64,000 nucleotides of DNA from an uncultured archaeon (GCA_964632315.1 CAZWEM010000009.1:49081-113080), one strand, 5' to 3'; numbered from the stretch's first letter, positions 30,857 through 40,893 are shown. Numbers and translations: made by a program. Notes: a model not told the origin generated them from the sequence alone.

Positions 30857-31318
30857 TTAAAAATCTCTTAAAATATGAGTTACTTTTTCAGCTCTATATT
30901 CTGTAAAACCAATTGACTCATAAAATAAAGATGCAGAAGGATTTTCAGTGTATAATCGCAATAAATTAAAATGTTTGGAAGCTAAAAGAATAATCTTATT
31001 CAATAATTGTGTTGCTAAACCTTTACGACGATAACTTCGCGATATGTATAAATGCCTTATTCTTCCAATACTGGGATCATCAATGTAAGGATCAACATTC
31101 AGTCCTCCAATGCCCATGCATGAATTTAATATAAAAATTCCGAATAAAATTTCACCACGCTTAGAAAATGTATTAATGCCACTATTCCATTCATCAATAG
31201 TTCTCTGAACAAAACCATAACCCTCAGATTGAGCTTCAATAGCCAGAGGATTAATAAAATCTAGATTACGTTCGGTTATTTGCTTAATTTTAGATTTCAT
31301 ATCTTTAACAATGCACAA
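30857..31318 (-). CDS. GNAT family N-acetyltransferase
   Basis: GRIRHLYI..YRRKGLA acetyl-CoA motif and ASLFYESIGF. Confidence 0.85.
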   Translation of the reverse strand: MCIVKDMKSKIKQITERNLDFINPLAIEAQSEGYGFVQRTIDEWNSGINTFSKRGEILFGIFILNSCMGIGGLNVDPYIDDPSIGRIRHLYISRSYRRKGLATQLLNKIILLASKHFNLLRLYTENPSASLFYESIGFTEYRAEKVTHILRDF

Positions 31319-31322
31319 GAAT

Positions 31323-32219
31323 TCAAATTAAACTTTTAAGATCTTTAATAGCTAAATCAATTCCCTTGTCAATTGAGACTGATGGTTCAAATCCTAATCT
31401 CTCAATGGCTTTTTTTGGGGATGCATAGAAATGATTCACGTCATAATCTCTTGAGGGGTTAAACATTATTTTGCTATTACTGTTGGTCTTTTCTACAATA
31501 ATCTCTGCTAGTATCTTTAGTGATACTGGTGTTCCGATTGATAAGTTAAAATCGTCAAGCGGGGACTTTGAAGTCCTTATTTCTTCAAAACAACCCCAGA
31601 TGCCTTTTATTACATCAGAAATGTAGGTGAAATCAAATCTTTCTTCACCTGACCCGTTTATATATAAATCTTCATCTTTTAAGGCTTGCAAAATGAATTT
31701 AGGAATGACTCTATCTAAATGATCGTTAACACCCGTATAAACATTTGAGAATCTCAAAATTCGAATTTTAAGATTATAATATTTAGTATAAGTTTCACAG
31801 AGATGCTCTCCAGTGATTTTAGAAAGTCCATAAATGTTAATAGGAATTCTTGGAGATTTTTCGGTGACTGGAAAAATTTCGGGTTCGCCAAACACTTCTC
31901 TTGAAGATCCGAAGATTATCCAAGGAAGTGTGCCATTTCTTGTTCTCGCTAATTCTAATAAGTTAGATGTCCCGCCAATATTCGTGGAAATACACTCATG
32001 TGGCTGTTGCTGGGCTGTAATGACTCTACTTACTGCTGCTAAATGGATAATCCCTTCTACATCTTTAATTAGGTTCCTAAGGTTATTAATGTTTCTTACA
32101 TCATAATCTGGTGCATCCTTTATATCATAAGATACCACTTTAATATCTTTCGCTTCTAAATATTCCCTTAACGCAGAACCTATGAAACCAGCACTCCCAG
32201 TAACTAAAATTTTCGTCAT
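31323..32219 (-). CDS. NAD-dependent epimerase/dehydratase (extended SDR)
   Basis: VTGSAGFIG, IHLAA, YGLSK, RFSNVY, DFTYISD. Confidence 0.88.
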   Translation of the reverse strand: MTKILVTGSAGFIGSALREYLEAKDIKVVSYDIKDAPDYDVRNINNLRNLIKDVEGIIHLAAVSRVITAQQQPHECISTNIGGTSNLLELARTRNGTLPWIIFGSSREVFGEPEIFPVTEKSPRIPINIYGLSKITGEHLCETYTKYYNLKIRILRFSNVYTGVNDHLDRVIPKFILQALKDEDLYINGSGEERFDFTYISDVIKGIWGCFEEIRTSKSPLDDFNLSIGTPVSLKILAEIIVEKTNSNSKIMFNPSRDYDVNHFYASPKKAIERLGFEPSVSIDKGIDLAIKDLKSLI

Positions 32220-32356
32220 GAGTTAAATAGTACAAAAGTATGATTAATTAATAGGTTTAAGTTTCTAATAATGACTAAATTGAATTTTTTAGTAATACTT
32301 TAGTTGTTGAATTAATTCTTACTTCCATTACAAATTGAATTTCATCTTTTTGATTT

Positions 32357-33202
32357 ATGAAAAAAAAATGGTATAAAAGCAAGGTATTTGTGATAACAGG
32401 AGCAACTGGAGATATTGGAAGCGCTATTTGTAGAAAATTTGCCCCTCTTGGAATGAGAATGTATCTGCTAGATCTCCCGACCCTTAAAATAACACAACTA
32501 AAGGATGAATTGTTAGATATGGGTGCAGAAATAGTACACTTCTACGAAGTGGATGTTACTAATCAAGAAATGATAAAGAATGCAATAAGTGATATAAGCC
32601 AGAAAGAACAATATATTGATATTCTTTTTAATAATGCAGGCATAGGTAGTAAATGCTCAATTACCAATGGTTGCTCATTTGAAGAATATCGCAAGGTAAT
32701 GTCTATCAATACTGATGGCGTTTGGTTGGTTTTACAAGCAGCTTTGCCATTTATTGGCAGACCAACTCAAATAAAAGGTGAGAGAAATAAAAGGGTTGGA
32801 CAATTAATTTTCACTTCAAGTGCTGCAGGGAGAACTGGTGTGCCGAATATGGCTGCTTATGCGATGAGCAAGAGTGCTATAATTGCTTTAGCCGATTCTA
32901 TACGATCAGAATATAAAATGCTTGATGAAATGATTAATGTAATAACTATCATTTCAGCGCCAGCTAAAACGGGATTTTATAATACTCCCGAAACTAAAGA
33001 GTGGATCGAAAACTATGAAAAAAGAGGTCTTTTATTTAAGCTACTTGAAGCAAAGGATATTGCAAAACGTGTATTGAAGGCATCAAGAAGAAATAAAAAG
33101 GAAATCTATGTACCTAGATGGTGGAAACTACTAGACATCCTTTTTGTCATTAGTCATAACCTGATTGGTAATTTACTCATCAAAATTGAGAAGTCCAAAT
33201 GA
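32357..33202 (+). CDS. Short-chain dehydrogenase/reductase
   Basis: ITGATGDIG, NNAG, YAMSK. Confidence 0.88.
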   Translation: MKKKWYKSKVFVITGATGDIGSAICRKFAPLGMRMYLLDLPTLKITQLKDELLDMGAEIVHFYEVDVTNQEMIKNAISDISQKEQYIDILFNNAGIGSKCSITNGCSFEEYRKVMSINTDGVWLVLQAALPFIGRPTQIKGERNKRVGQLIFTSSAAGRTGVPNMAAYAMSKSAIIALADSIRSEYKMLDEMINVITIISAPAKTGFYNTPETKEWIENYEKRGLLFKLLEAKDIAKRVLKASRRNKKEIYVPRWWKLLDILFVISHNLIGNLLIKIEKSK

Positions 33203-33214
33203 GAATTATATCAT

Positions 33215-34630
33215 ATGAATACTGAATTAGTTCCTCGCGAGTTAAAGGGAAAACGACTTATTGGATATTGTATTGGAGATTTTGGAGTTTTTTTATCCAA
33301 CATGTTAGAATCAGTATTTGTTTTCCAGTATTATGTTTATACTATCAATTTAAATTCTATACTTGTATCAATTGGAGTCACATCCCAACTAATAATTGGG
33401 TCCGCTCTCGCAATTATTTTTGGCGTAATTGTTGATAATAAAAAGCCAGGAAAATTGGGTAAACGACGGCCATTTTTGTTATACACATTACCTCTCTGGT
33501 TTATTACAGCAATATTATTATGGTTTCCTCCTTGGAAATGTCCCATTGATAATTCGTTTTACATTCCAACTGCTATTTTTTTTTGGACAGTAAGCATTTT
33601 GAAATCGATTGCTCGTTCATTATTCTATAATGTTTATTACTCCATGCTTCCAGAACAATCTCAAACATTAGAAAATCGAGAAAAAGTAGCATCTATCCGT
33701 TCAGCGTTATTGATTATTGGCTCAGTATTGTCTTTATTACTGCCCCTTATCGTACAAAGTTTGCTAGAAGATCCAGCGAACGTGAAGTGGTGGCAACCTT
33801 CTGGACAAGTAATTTTATTTTTTATTCCATTAACAGCGACTATTCTCGCAATTTTTGGATTAATATCCGTAATTTTAACATTCCTTTCTGTTGATGAAAG
33901 TTTTTATAAACTTAAGAAGATTCAACCAGAAAAAATTAAAATTAGCGCTGCCCTTAAAAGAATGAAAATACCATTAAAACATGATAATTTTATCCTCTAT
34001 TCTTTAGCATTATTCTTCATTACAATAACGGGTAAGATCTTAGGGTTACTCGTTTTTCCTTTCCAAACTTTCTTACTTGGTTTTAGGTCTTCAGAATTTT
34101 ACATCTATATTTTTATATCAATATTTGGCAAATTTGGTTGGTATTTTATTTGGAAACAAGCAAATAAGAAAAAGAAACCAGTGGTAAAATCGCTTTATCG
34201 AGTCATCTTTATTGCGATGATGGCTTCAATGCTTGATATAGTATTTTTAGTTCCGAACCTTCCATTTGAAATGAAAATAGTATTGTTTATCATCGTGTGG
34301 AGTACGGTATTAGGCTCATATTATTCATATACCCTTTTCTCAATTCCATTAGGAGCTTCAATTGTTCAAGAAGCCGCAGAAGTAATGAATGGCCCGACTG
34401 GAGATTTAGATGAGAGTTTATCGCTCATCTCAGGATCATATTACGGATTATCATATTTCGTAAGGTGGTTAGGACCCGCTTTTGCATCCATGTTTGTCGG
34501 AATATTTCTTAGCGGTCCTAATGAAGATAATCCAGTAGTCATTGCATTTCTTTTTTTCTCAATGGCTTTCTTCTACTTAGTTAGTCTTTTATTTATAAGA
34601 AAAATTAAGATGAAACAAAAAATCACTTAA
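33215..34630 (+). CDS. MFS transporter, glycoside-pentoside-hexuronide (MelB-like) family
   Basis: GY.IGDFG, D...GKLGKRRPFLL, SMLPE...ENR, about 12 TM segments. Confidence 0.82.
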   Translation: MNTELVPRELKGKRLIGYCIGDFGVFLSNMLESVFVFQYYVYTINLNSILVSIGVTSQLIIGSALAIIFGVIVDNKKPGKLGKRRPFLLYTLPLWFITAILLWFPPWKCPIDNSFYIPTAIFFWTVSILKSIARSLFYNVYYSMLPEQSQTLENREKVASIRSALLIIGSVLSLLLPLIVQSLLEDPANVKWWQPSGQVILFFIPLTATILAIFGLISVILTFLSVDESFYKLKKIQPEKIKISAALKRMKIPLKHDNFILYSLALFFITITGKILGLLVFPFQTFLLGFRSSEFYIYIFISIFGKFGWYFIWKQANKKKKPVVKSLYRVIFIAMMASMLDIVFLVPNLPFEMKIVLFIIVWSTVLGSYYSYTLFSIPLGASIVQEAAEVMNGPTGDLDESLSLISGSYYGLSYFVRWLGPAFASMFVGIFLSGPNEDNPVVIAFLFFSMAFFYLVSLLFIRKIKMKQKIT

Positions 34631-37455
34631 TTATCTAATGAAATTTCGAAGCTGCATATTTCAAATTTATTCAGTCTGAAATTTAATTTACCGTCTTTAT
34701 TCCAATTATACATAAAAATAGTATCTCTTTCAATTAAATCAATGGGTTTTATAGATTTTATTATTTTTCTTAATAGGGGATTAAAATTAACCTCAACATC
34801 AGTAGCTATTCCCATTGCCTCATAAAACCTTACTACTATTGAATGGTTTCCTATCCATTCATTATGTTTAATTGCCCCGAGAAATACGTTAGTAGGATAC
34901 ATGTCTATGAATTTTTCTATATTTAAAGAAGTTTTTTTTGTGCTTGCATTTAAAGGAATGATTGATACTGGCATGTTAAATTCAAGAGATTTTTGCCTTA
35001 CCAAGGGATTGGGAGTTCCATCTCCCTTCTTTAAAGTTCCTCCATTATGGGGTAAAATTGCATATCTACAGATAAAAGGACCTAATCCGCTAAATTCTGG
35101 AACCTGATGGGTAAATTCCTCTTCATTCCACTTTCGTTCTTCATTGACCCAAGCTTCGGGTGCTGGTGGTGGATATTTGCAAGATCTTAGCAAAGTTAAT
35201 CTCATATTCCCATGATCTACATCAAAAGCATATTTTCCCTCATTTATCATTGCTATACCCCAAGAATTATCTGACGTACTTAAATCAAAATATTCTTGGC
35301 AATGTTTTTCATAACGAGCTTTATCACAGGGAACTTCGGGATCTGTCTTGGAATTGATACTACAATACATTCCGTCTGCACATACGATAGCTGCATTGGT
35401 GGACGTGGAGTATAAGATCTTTAACATCACTTTTTTCTGCTTCCAATTGGTATAATATTCAAAGAAAATTTCGGGTATATCTTTGAATAATCTAATTTTT
35501 TGTACAACCTGGCTTATTCCTATAAGTTTTTTAATTTCTAAAGTTACAAAAACTGGACCATTATCAATTATATTTATCTCAACATCCTTATCATTTGCGA
35601 AATTCAGAGGATATTTCCAGTATTCTGGAGTTAAATTCCACGCTGGATCGTTATTATTGTCATCTAAAAATCCAAAGGTTAGATTTGAAGCATTACCATC
35701 AAGTAAATTATTTCCATCATTAATCTGCGCCGAAATTATCTTCAAAATCGCTCCATTTTGAGGATTAATTTCTATTGATAATTTACTATTCGATAATTTT
35801 TTCTCAGATATTTCCAAACCTGATTTATCTAAATTTAGATCATCAAGTAATGTAAATCTTACAGGGATTATGCTTAATGGTGGTAAATGTAATACTGACC
35901 ACCAACCCTCTGGAACCTTATCTTCTAATTCTTTAGGATCAGTTTTACTTCTTTGGCAATAAAACTCCTCATTATTTTTCAAGGATTTAACTTTCGCGAC
36001 TTTATATTTTTCATCTGCATTTATTAATGAATTGGGAAAAAAAACCCTGAAATTGCCACCCCAAGTATGAGGATTAAATATTAAAAAATCATAGAATAAT
36101 TGGTTCTTAATCTCATTGTATTCCTTTAGATTTAATCCAATTGCGGCTTCCTTGAAAATGTCACCTGTTTTTTCTTCCAAATATAGCCAATCGTCATAGC
36201 AATCGTCAAAGACTTCTGGAATTGAGCTTCCCGGTAAAACGTCATGAAATTGGTTCTTGAGGACTATCTTCCATAACTCTTCAAACTTTTCTTGAGGGAA
36301 TTTATAATCGGAATTTAGAATTGATGTAATAGATGCCAATAACTCTAGTGAAATTAATTTGTTTTCAAACTTGCGGTTAAATCTTTTCACGTTCGCGTGA
36401 TTTGAGAAACAACCTCGATGAGTTTCTAAATATAATTCATCCATCCAGATAGGAAACTGATCAGAGGATTTCTTTAACTCATTAAAAAAATCTTTAACTT
36501 TACTCCATTTGTAGTTTTTTAGTTTTGCAAATTCGTTAGCATAAGCTACTTCTTTATGAGTTGGACCATGACCTCCGTCACTTTTCCCGAAAAAATATCC
36601 AACGTGAGGACATATCTCCTCTTGAACGTGATTTTTTAAATTGCTATAATCTAACTCGTAATTCCATACTTTTCTACCTTCTGGCTTCAATAAATGTCTC
36701 CCAACTTGAAATTTTTGCCAAGTATAAAAAACGGAAAAATCCATGTGAAATTGACCCGTCAAAATTTTGGAGCCATCTGCTCCTTGCCACCAAAAATTTA
36801 CAAAAGGAAATGTTGTATCTAAATTCCATCCCATTTTAGTGGTCCAAAAATAATTAGCTCCTGATTTCACTAAAATTTGAGGTAATCCAAAATTATATCC
36901 AAATGAATCTAAAAACCATTCCCCTTCAGGAACTTGATTAAAATTTTTCCAACAAAATCTCATTCCATATAGTCGCTGTCGTATCATTGCCTCTCCGGAT
37001 GGCATCATGCAATCTGGTTCAACATAACATCCTCCTACAAGCTCAATGTTACCTTTTTTTACAAATTTCTGTATCTCTTTGAATAATTCAGGCTCGTCTT
37101 TTTTAATCCACTCAAGTAAGAGAGGTTGGCTTATAGCAAAACAAAAGGTTTCTGGAAACATCTTTGAGTGAGTCACGGCTTTCTGGAAGGTTACTTTTGC
37201 TTTCTTTCTGGTTTGTTCATACCTCCACATCCAAGCACAATCTATATGTGATTGTCCAACGATATGAATCATAAGACTATTTGGATCAGTAGTAGGAGAA
37301 ATTTGTTCATTCCATAACCTCAATTTTCTTCTGATTTTAATCTCTCGATTTCCAGAAAGCCATCTTTTCTTTACTTTTTCAGTATCTTGATCAGGTTCTT
37401 CTAGCTTTGAAACATCTAATCGATGATTTCCAGAATAATGCCCAATTTCTCTCAT
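34627..37455 (-). CDS. Alpha-mannosidase, glycoside hydrolase family 38
   Basis: GQSHIDCAWMW, VEPDC.MPSGE, DSFG, GDGG-like SDGGHGPT, ELYLETHRG, NQFHDVLPGSSI. Confidence 0.92.
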   Translation of the reverse strand: MREIGHYSGNHRLDVSKLEEPDQDTEKVKKRWLSGNREIKIRRKLRLWNEQISPTTDPNSLMIHIVGQSHIDCAWMWRYEQTRKKAKVTFQKAVTHSKMFPETFCFAISQPLLLEWIKKDEPELFKEIQKFVKKGNIELVGGCYVEPDCMMPSGEAMIRQRLYGMRFCWKNFNQVPEGEWFLDSFGYNFGLPQILVKSGANYFWTTKMGWNLDTTFPFVNFWWQGADGSKILTGQFHMDFSVFYTWQKFQVGRHLLKPEGRKVWNYELDYSNLKNHVQEEICPHVGYFFGKSDGGHGPTHKEVAYANEFAKLKNYKWSKVKDFFNELKKSSDQFPIWMDELYLETHRGCFSNHANVKRFNRKFENKLISLELLASITSILNSDYKFPQEKFEELWKIVLKNQFHDVLPGSSIPEVFDDCYDDWLYLEEKTGDIFKEAAIGLNLKEYNEIKNQLFYDFLIFNPHTWGGNFRVFFPNSLINADEKYKVAKVKSLKNNEEFYCQRSKTDPKELEDKVPEGWWSVLHLPPLSIIPVRFTLLDDLNLDKSGLEISEKKLSNSKLSIEINPQNGAILKIISAQINDGNNLLDGNASNLTFGFLDDNNNDPAWNLTPEYWKYPLNFANDKDVEINIIDNGPVFVTLEIKKLIGISQVVQKIRLFKDIPEIFFEYYTNWKQKKVMLKILYSTSTNAAIVCADGMYCSINSKTDPEVPCDKARYEKHCQEYFDLSTSDNSWGIAMINEGKYAFDVDHGNMRLTLLRSCKYPPPAPEAWVNEERKWNEEEFTHQVPEFSGLGPFICRYAILPHNGGTLKKGDGTPNPLVRQKSLEFNMPVSIIPLNASTKKTSLNIEKFIDMYPTNVFLGAIKHNEWIGNHSIVVRFYEAMGIATDVEVNFNPLLRKIIKSIKPIDLIERDTIFMYNWNKDGKLNFRLNKFEICSFEISLDN

Positions 37456-37467
37456 TTCTCCACTCCT

Positions 37468-38157
37468 CTATATTTTCAAAAATTTCTCATAATCATCTGA
37501 AAGTAAGTATAAAGGCTCCTCATCTTCTTCAATTCTAGTAAATCTTTTTGTTGGTTTTAGAAATTTATTATCTCTATAATCATCATTCACACTCGACACT
37601 TCGCCAATTAATACCATTCCATGACCTTTCTTGGCCCAAAATCTATGGTAATGGTTGGGAAATAGCGTTATCGACTCTCCAGGCTTTAATTCTATAACTG
37701 ATCCCGCTTTAATTCTTTTTTGTACTCCATCAACAGATATTTTTACTTCAGAATCGTCTAATTCATCTTCTTGATTTACATTATATAACTCAATCGACAA
37801 AATGCCACCGCCTCTATTTATAATATCCTCAATTTTCGACAAATGATGATGTAGTCTTGTCATTTGGTCTTCTTTTATGATCATGATCTTTTCACAATAT
37901 GGTTTTCCACCCATTAAAGAATGTTTTGGATCTCCATTTCTTGTCGTGAAATGAATTAATCCACTTTTCGCGAAATTTCCGCTTCCGTAATCGGTAATAT
38001 CCCATCCTAATTTATTTTTAATAACTTCATCTATTTCATTTCCCTTAGATTTCCATTCATTTAACTTCCAAAAAGCAAATTTGGGCAAATAGAAGTTTTG
38101 GATTTCTAGGAACTTTGTAGCCTTTTCCATTTCTTTATTTATTTCAGAGCGTTTCAC
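37468..38157 (-). CDS. D-lyxose/D-mannose family sugar isomerase (cupin)
   Basis: MKRSEIN, LGWDITDYG, YCEKIM, H-H..K.EDIINRGGG, PGESITL, H.FW, GEVSSVNDD..DN.F. Confidence 0.88.
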   Translation of the reverse strand: MKRSEINKEMEKATKFLEIQNFYLPKFAFWKLNEWKSKGNEIDEVIKNKLGWDITDYGSGNFAKSGLIHFTTRNGDPKHSLMGGKPYCEKIMIIKEDQMTRLHHHLSKIEDIINRGGGILSIELYNVNQEDELDDSEVKISVDGVQKRIKAGSVIELKPGESITLFPNHYHRFWAKKGHGMVLIGEVSSVNDDYRDNKFLKPTKRFTRIEEDEEPLYLLSDDYEKFLKI

Positions 38158-38284
38158 TTGAAATTTACCTTTTTTAGATATTAAAGAGTTATATTGTTTT
38201 TTTTATATCCGTGAATTGATACTTTTAAATACTAGGGAATTTATGAACTTTATAATCATAAATACAATCTTAAATTAAAAAAAA

Positions 38285-39268
38285 TTGGAGAAAAAACTAA
38301 TGACTATTCAATGGGGTAAAATGATCTTGCACGGTTTACTTAATGCCGTGTTTTATATTGGCATCCCTTACGGTATGATTTACTTACTGGAATATCTTAA
38401 TATCGTATCCTTTACAGAAGTATTTAAAATTTCAATAATTATTTTCGGAGTTATCGGTACCATTATATCCATGATTAAACATGCTTATCCAAAGGATACT
38501 TCTGCTAACCGCTTAATTTCGTTCTTTATTAGTATCTACTCGGGAATTTATTTGTTCTATATTTTTGGAGGTTTTACACCCGGCGTAGAATTAGGAACAT
38601 ATTCAATTAAGACTGATTTACTTCAAGTTAACTTAGGACTGAAGGTAATTGCGTGGTTATTGTTAGCCTCAACAGCGATAAGAGGATTGCAATATTTAGT
38701 TGAGGCAATAGAATTACGCAAAAATAAACAATACAATGTAAAAGTGAAAAGACAATTTAGATTAAGTAAGGTGTTCAAAGCCTTTGGATTTTTAATGAGT
38801 TTAGTAACTATAGGCTATTTTGCCAGTGTAATATTTAGTGGCATGAATCTTAGACCAAATATTGACCCAAACTTCGCTTTAGGATGGAATGATGGAGGAA
38901 CACCACTAAATCCTGCTGATGACACAATCAATATTACAGTTACATTTGACATCATAAATGGTGGTATTTATGCGGTATATGACGTAAATCTATCAATGGA
39001 TGTCTTTACGGAAACTACAAGTAACCCAATTGCTTTACCAGAATATACAAAAATAGGAGAATCACCCAATCATTATTATCCTGCTTTTCATTCATTCACT
39101 TCGACTTTAGGTGAAACTATAACTATAGATATTAACCCGCTCTATGCTCCTGGATTAGCTACAACTGATGCAACCCTACGATTGCAAATTTCCTTTGAAA
39201 CTTTATATGCCTTAATCTATATTGATCTTAATATTTCAGTTACTACACCTTGGAATTCCCTAATATAA
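38285..39268 (+). CDS. Hypothetical membrane protein with C-terminal extracellular beta domain
   Basis: About five TM segments followed by a beta-rich tail. Start uncertain (TTG 38285 or ATG 38300). Confidence 0.7.
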   Translation: MEKKLMTIQWGKMILHGLLNAVFYIGIPYGMIYLLEYLNIVSFTEVFKISIIIFGVIGTIISMIKHAYPKDTSANRLISFFISIYSGIYLFYIFGGFTPGVELGTYSIKTDLLQVNLGLKVIAWLLLASTAIRGLQYLVEAIELRKNKQYNVKVKRQFRLSKVFKAFGFLMSLVTIGYFASVIFSGMNLRPNIDPNFALGWNDGGTPLNPADDTINITVTFDIINGGIYAVYDVNLSMDVFTETTSNPIALPEYTKIGESPNHYYPAFHSFTSTLGETITIDINPLYAPGLATTDATLRLQISFETLYALIYIDLNISVTTPWNSLI

Positions 39269-39361
39269 TTTCATAAACCTTCTTTTTATTTCTTTTTTTA
39301 AATAAAATAATGATTAAACTTATTCGTATTTTTTAAATTATATTAAATAAATATTAATTCT

Positions 39362-39886
39362 ATGAGTCAAGAACCACCAAGACCAAGTGGTTTGTCCGTT
39401 GGTTCCAAAGCACCTATGATTGACACTCAAGATATTTATGGAAAGTCAATTAATCTTAATAAGCTTCTTGAAGAATATGATGGTGTACTTTTAGATTTTT
39501 TCAGAGGAAATTGGTGAAGTCATTGCAAAAAGCATTTAAATCTTTTAACTCGGGAGCATTATAAATTTATTAATAAGAAAATCAAATTAATCTCAATAGC
39601 GAGTGACAGTATAAGATTATTGCAAAAATTTAAAGAAGAAAATAATTTTTCTATAGATCTAATAGCTGATAGAGGAGCAAAAATTGCCAAGGATTATTTT
39701 GTATACTGGTTTGCTCATGGCGGGGGAGGCTCACTGAATGTGAAGCAAGCAGTACCAAGTAAATTTTTAATCAATAAAAATAAGAAGATTGTCTGGACTT
39801 ATATTGGAAAGGATAAAACTGACAGACCTTCTATTGAACTGATGATGGAAGCAATCAATAAAAAAATTTTAAACCCTTTTGAATGA
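39362..39886 (+). CDS. Peroxiredoxin-like (AhpC/TSA, thioredoxin fold) selenoprotein, 174 aa, Sec52
   Basis: Continuous frame from ATG 39362: MSQEPPRPSGLSVGSKAPMIDTQDIYG...LLDFFRGNW[TGA 39515-39517]SHCKKHL...ISIASD...DLIAD...AVPSKFLINKNKKIVWTYIGKDKTDRPS. The TGA occupies the first Cys position of the RGxWCxxC motif. The ORF track shows only the 3' half. Confidence 0.9.
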
Positions 39887-39918
39887 CGCGGATATATAAA
39901 AGTTAGATATCCGTGGAC
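39883..39918 (+). promoter_or_regulatory. Eukaryote-like SECIS element (AUGA...GA kink-turn core)
   Basis: ATGAC-GCGGATAT-ATAAAAGTTAG-ATATCCGT-GGAC: tandem G.A/A.G core, 8-9 bp stem, and an apical A-run. GC-rich relative to its surroundings and directly 3' of the TGA-containing gene. Confidence 0.82.
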
Positions 39919-39941
39919 GGCCCGCAAAGGTTAGGGATCAT

Positions 39942-40802
39942 CTAATTTTTTTTTCTTTTTCTTCTATAGGTATAAAATCCTTTTCCAGATTTCAAACCAA
40001 GATCTCCTTCTTCTACTAATTTCTCTAATTCTTCTGGTGGTTTATCCAATTCATTTCCAGATTCATGATAATAAGAATTTTCCACATCGAGTATTACATC
40101 TAAACCAACTCCATCCATTAAACTAAAAGGTCCCATGGACATCCCAGTGAAGATTTGCCATGCTTTATCCACAGTTTCTATATCCGCATATCCTCCCGCC
40201 CAGATTTTTAGACATTCCTTTTTTACAGCATGCCAGACTCGGTTAAACACAAAACCTAAACACTCCTTTTTAACCTCTAAGGGATAGCATTCTATCGTTT
40301 CTATCCATTTCTTACCTGCTTCAAAAGTTTCTTCACTTGTTTTTGTCCCTCTCATTATGTCCAGCATCGGTCTTGTGGGAATTGGAGGATAAACATGGAG
40401 ATTTAATACTTTATCCTTTCTTTTCACGACAGATTCTATTTTAGAAACAGGAAATGATGAACTATTAGTAGCTATGATGGTATGGGGAGGAGCGAGTTCA
40501 TCAATCTTAGAAAATATTTCTCTCTTTAATTCTAACTTTTCAGGGACTGCTTCTATGACTAAATCTGTATTTTCCAAGGCTTTTAAAAGATCATTGTGAA
40601 AGGAAATAGATTCAGATTTTTCCTCATAGAGATTTCGCCGTTTTAATAAGCCAGTTATCTCCTTTTCACTCTTTAATAAATACTCTTCACTTATATCATA
40701 AACTTTTATGTTAAAATCATACATTATTGCTCTAGATGCAATCTGGGTACCAGTAAATCCTGCTCCTACAATAGTTATATTTGAAATTTCCATTTTGATC
40801 AT
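39942..40802 (-). CDS. 3-hydroxyacyl-CoA dehydrogenase family protein
   Basis: IVGAGFTG, IEAVPE, IATNSSS, GFVFNR, MGPF.LMD.VGLDV, LGLKSGKGFY. Confidence 0.9.
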   Translation of the reverse strand: MIKMEISNITIVGAGFTGTQIASRAIMYDFNIKVYDISEEYLLKSEKEITGLLKRRNLYEEKSESISFHNDLLKALENTDLVIEAVPEKLELKREIFSKIDELAPPHTIIATNSSSFPVSKIESVVKRKDKVLNLHVYPPIPTRPMLDIMRGTKTSEETFEAGKKWIETIECYPLEVKKECLGFVFNRVWHAVKKECLKIWAGGYADIETVDKAWQIFTGMSMGPFSLMDGVGLDVILDVENSYYHESGNELDKPPEELEKLVEEGDLGLKSGKGFYTYRRKRKKN

Positions 40803-40893
40803 TAAAAATTAATTATTAAATGTGATTGATTTTTTGATACTTAAAAAATTTAAGATATGACGATTAAAAAAGAAAAAGAAAGGAAAAATTTTC

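Noticed and set aside
39620-39886. 88-aa ORF from the track as a complete gene
   Set aside because: It is the 3' half of the TGA-containing peroxiredoxin-like gene that starts at 39362.
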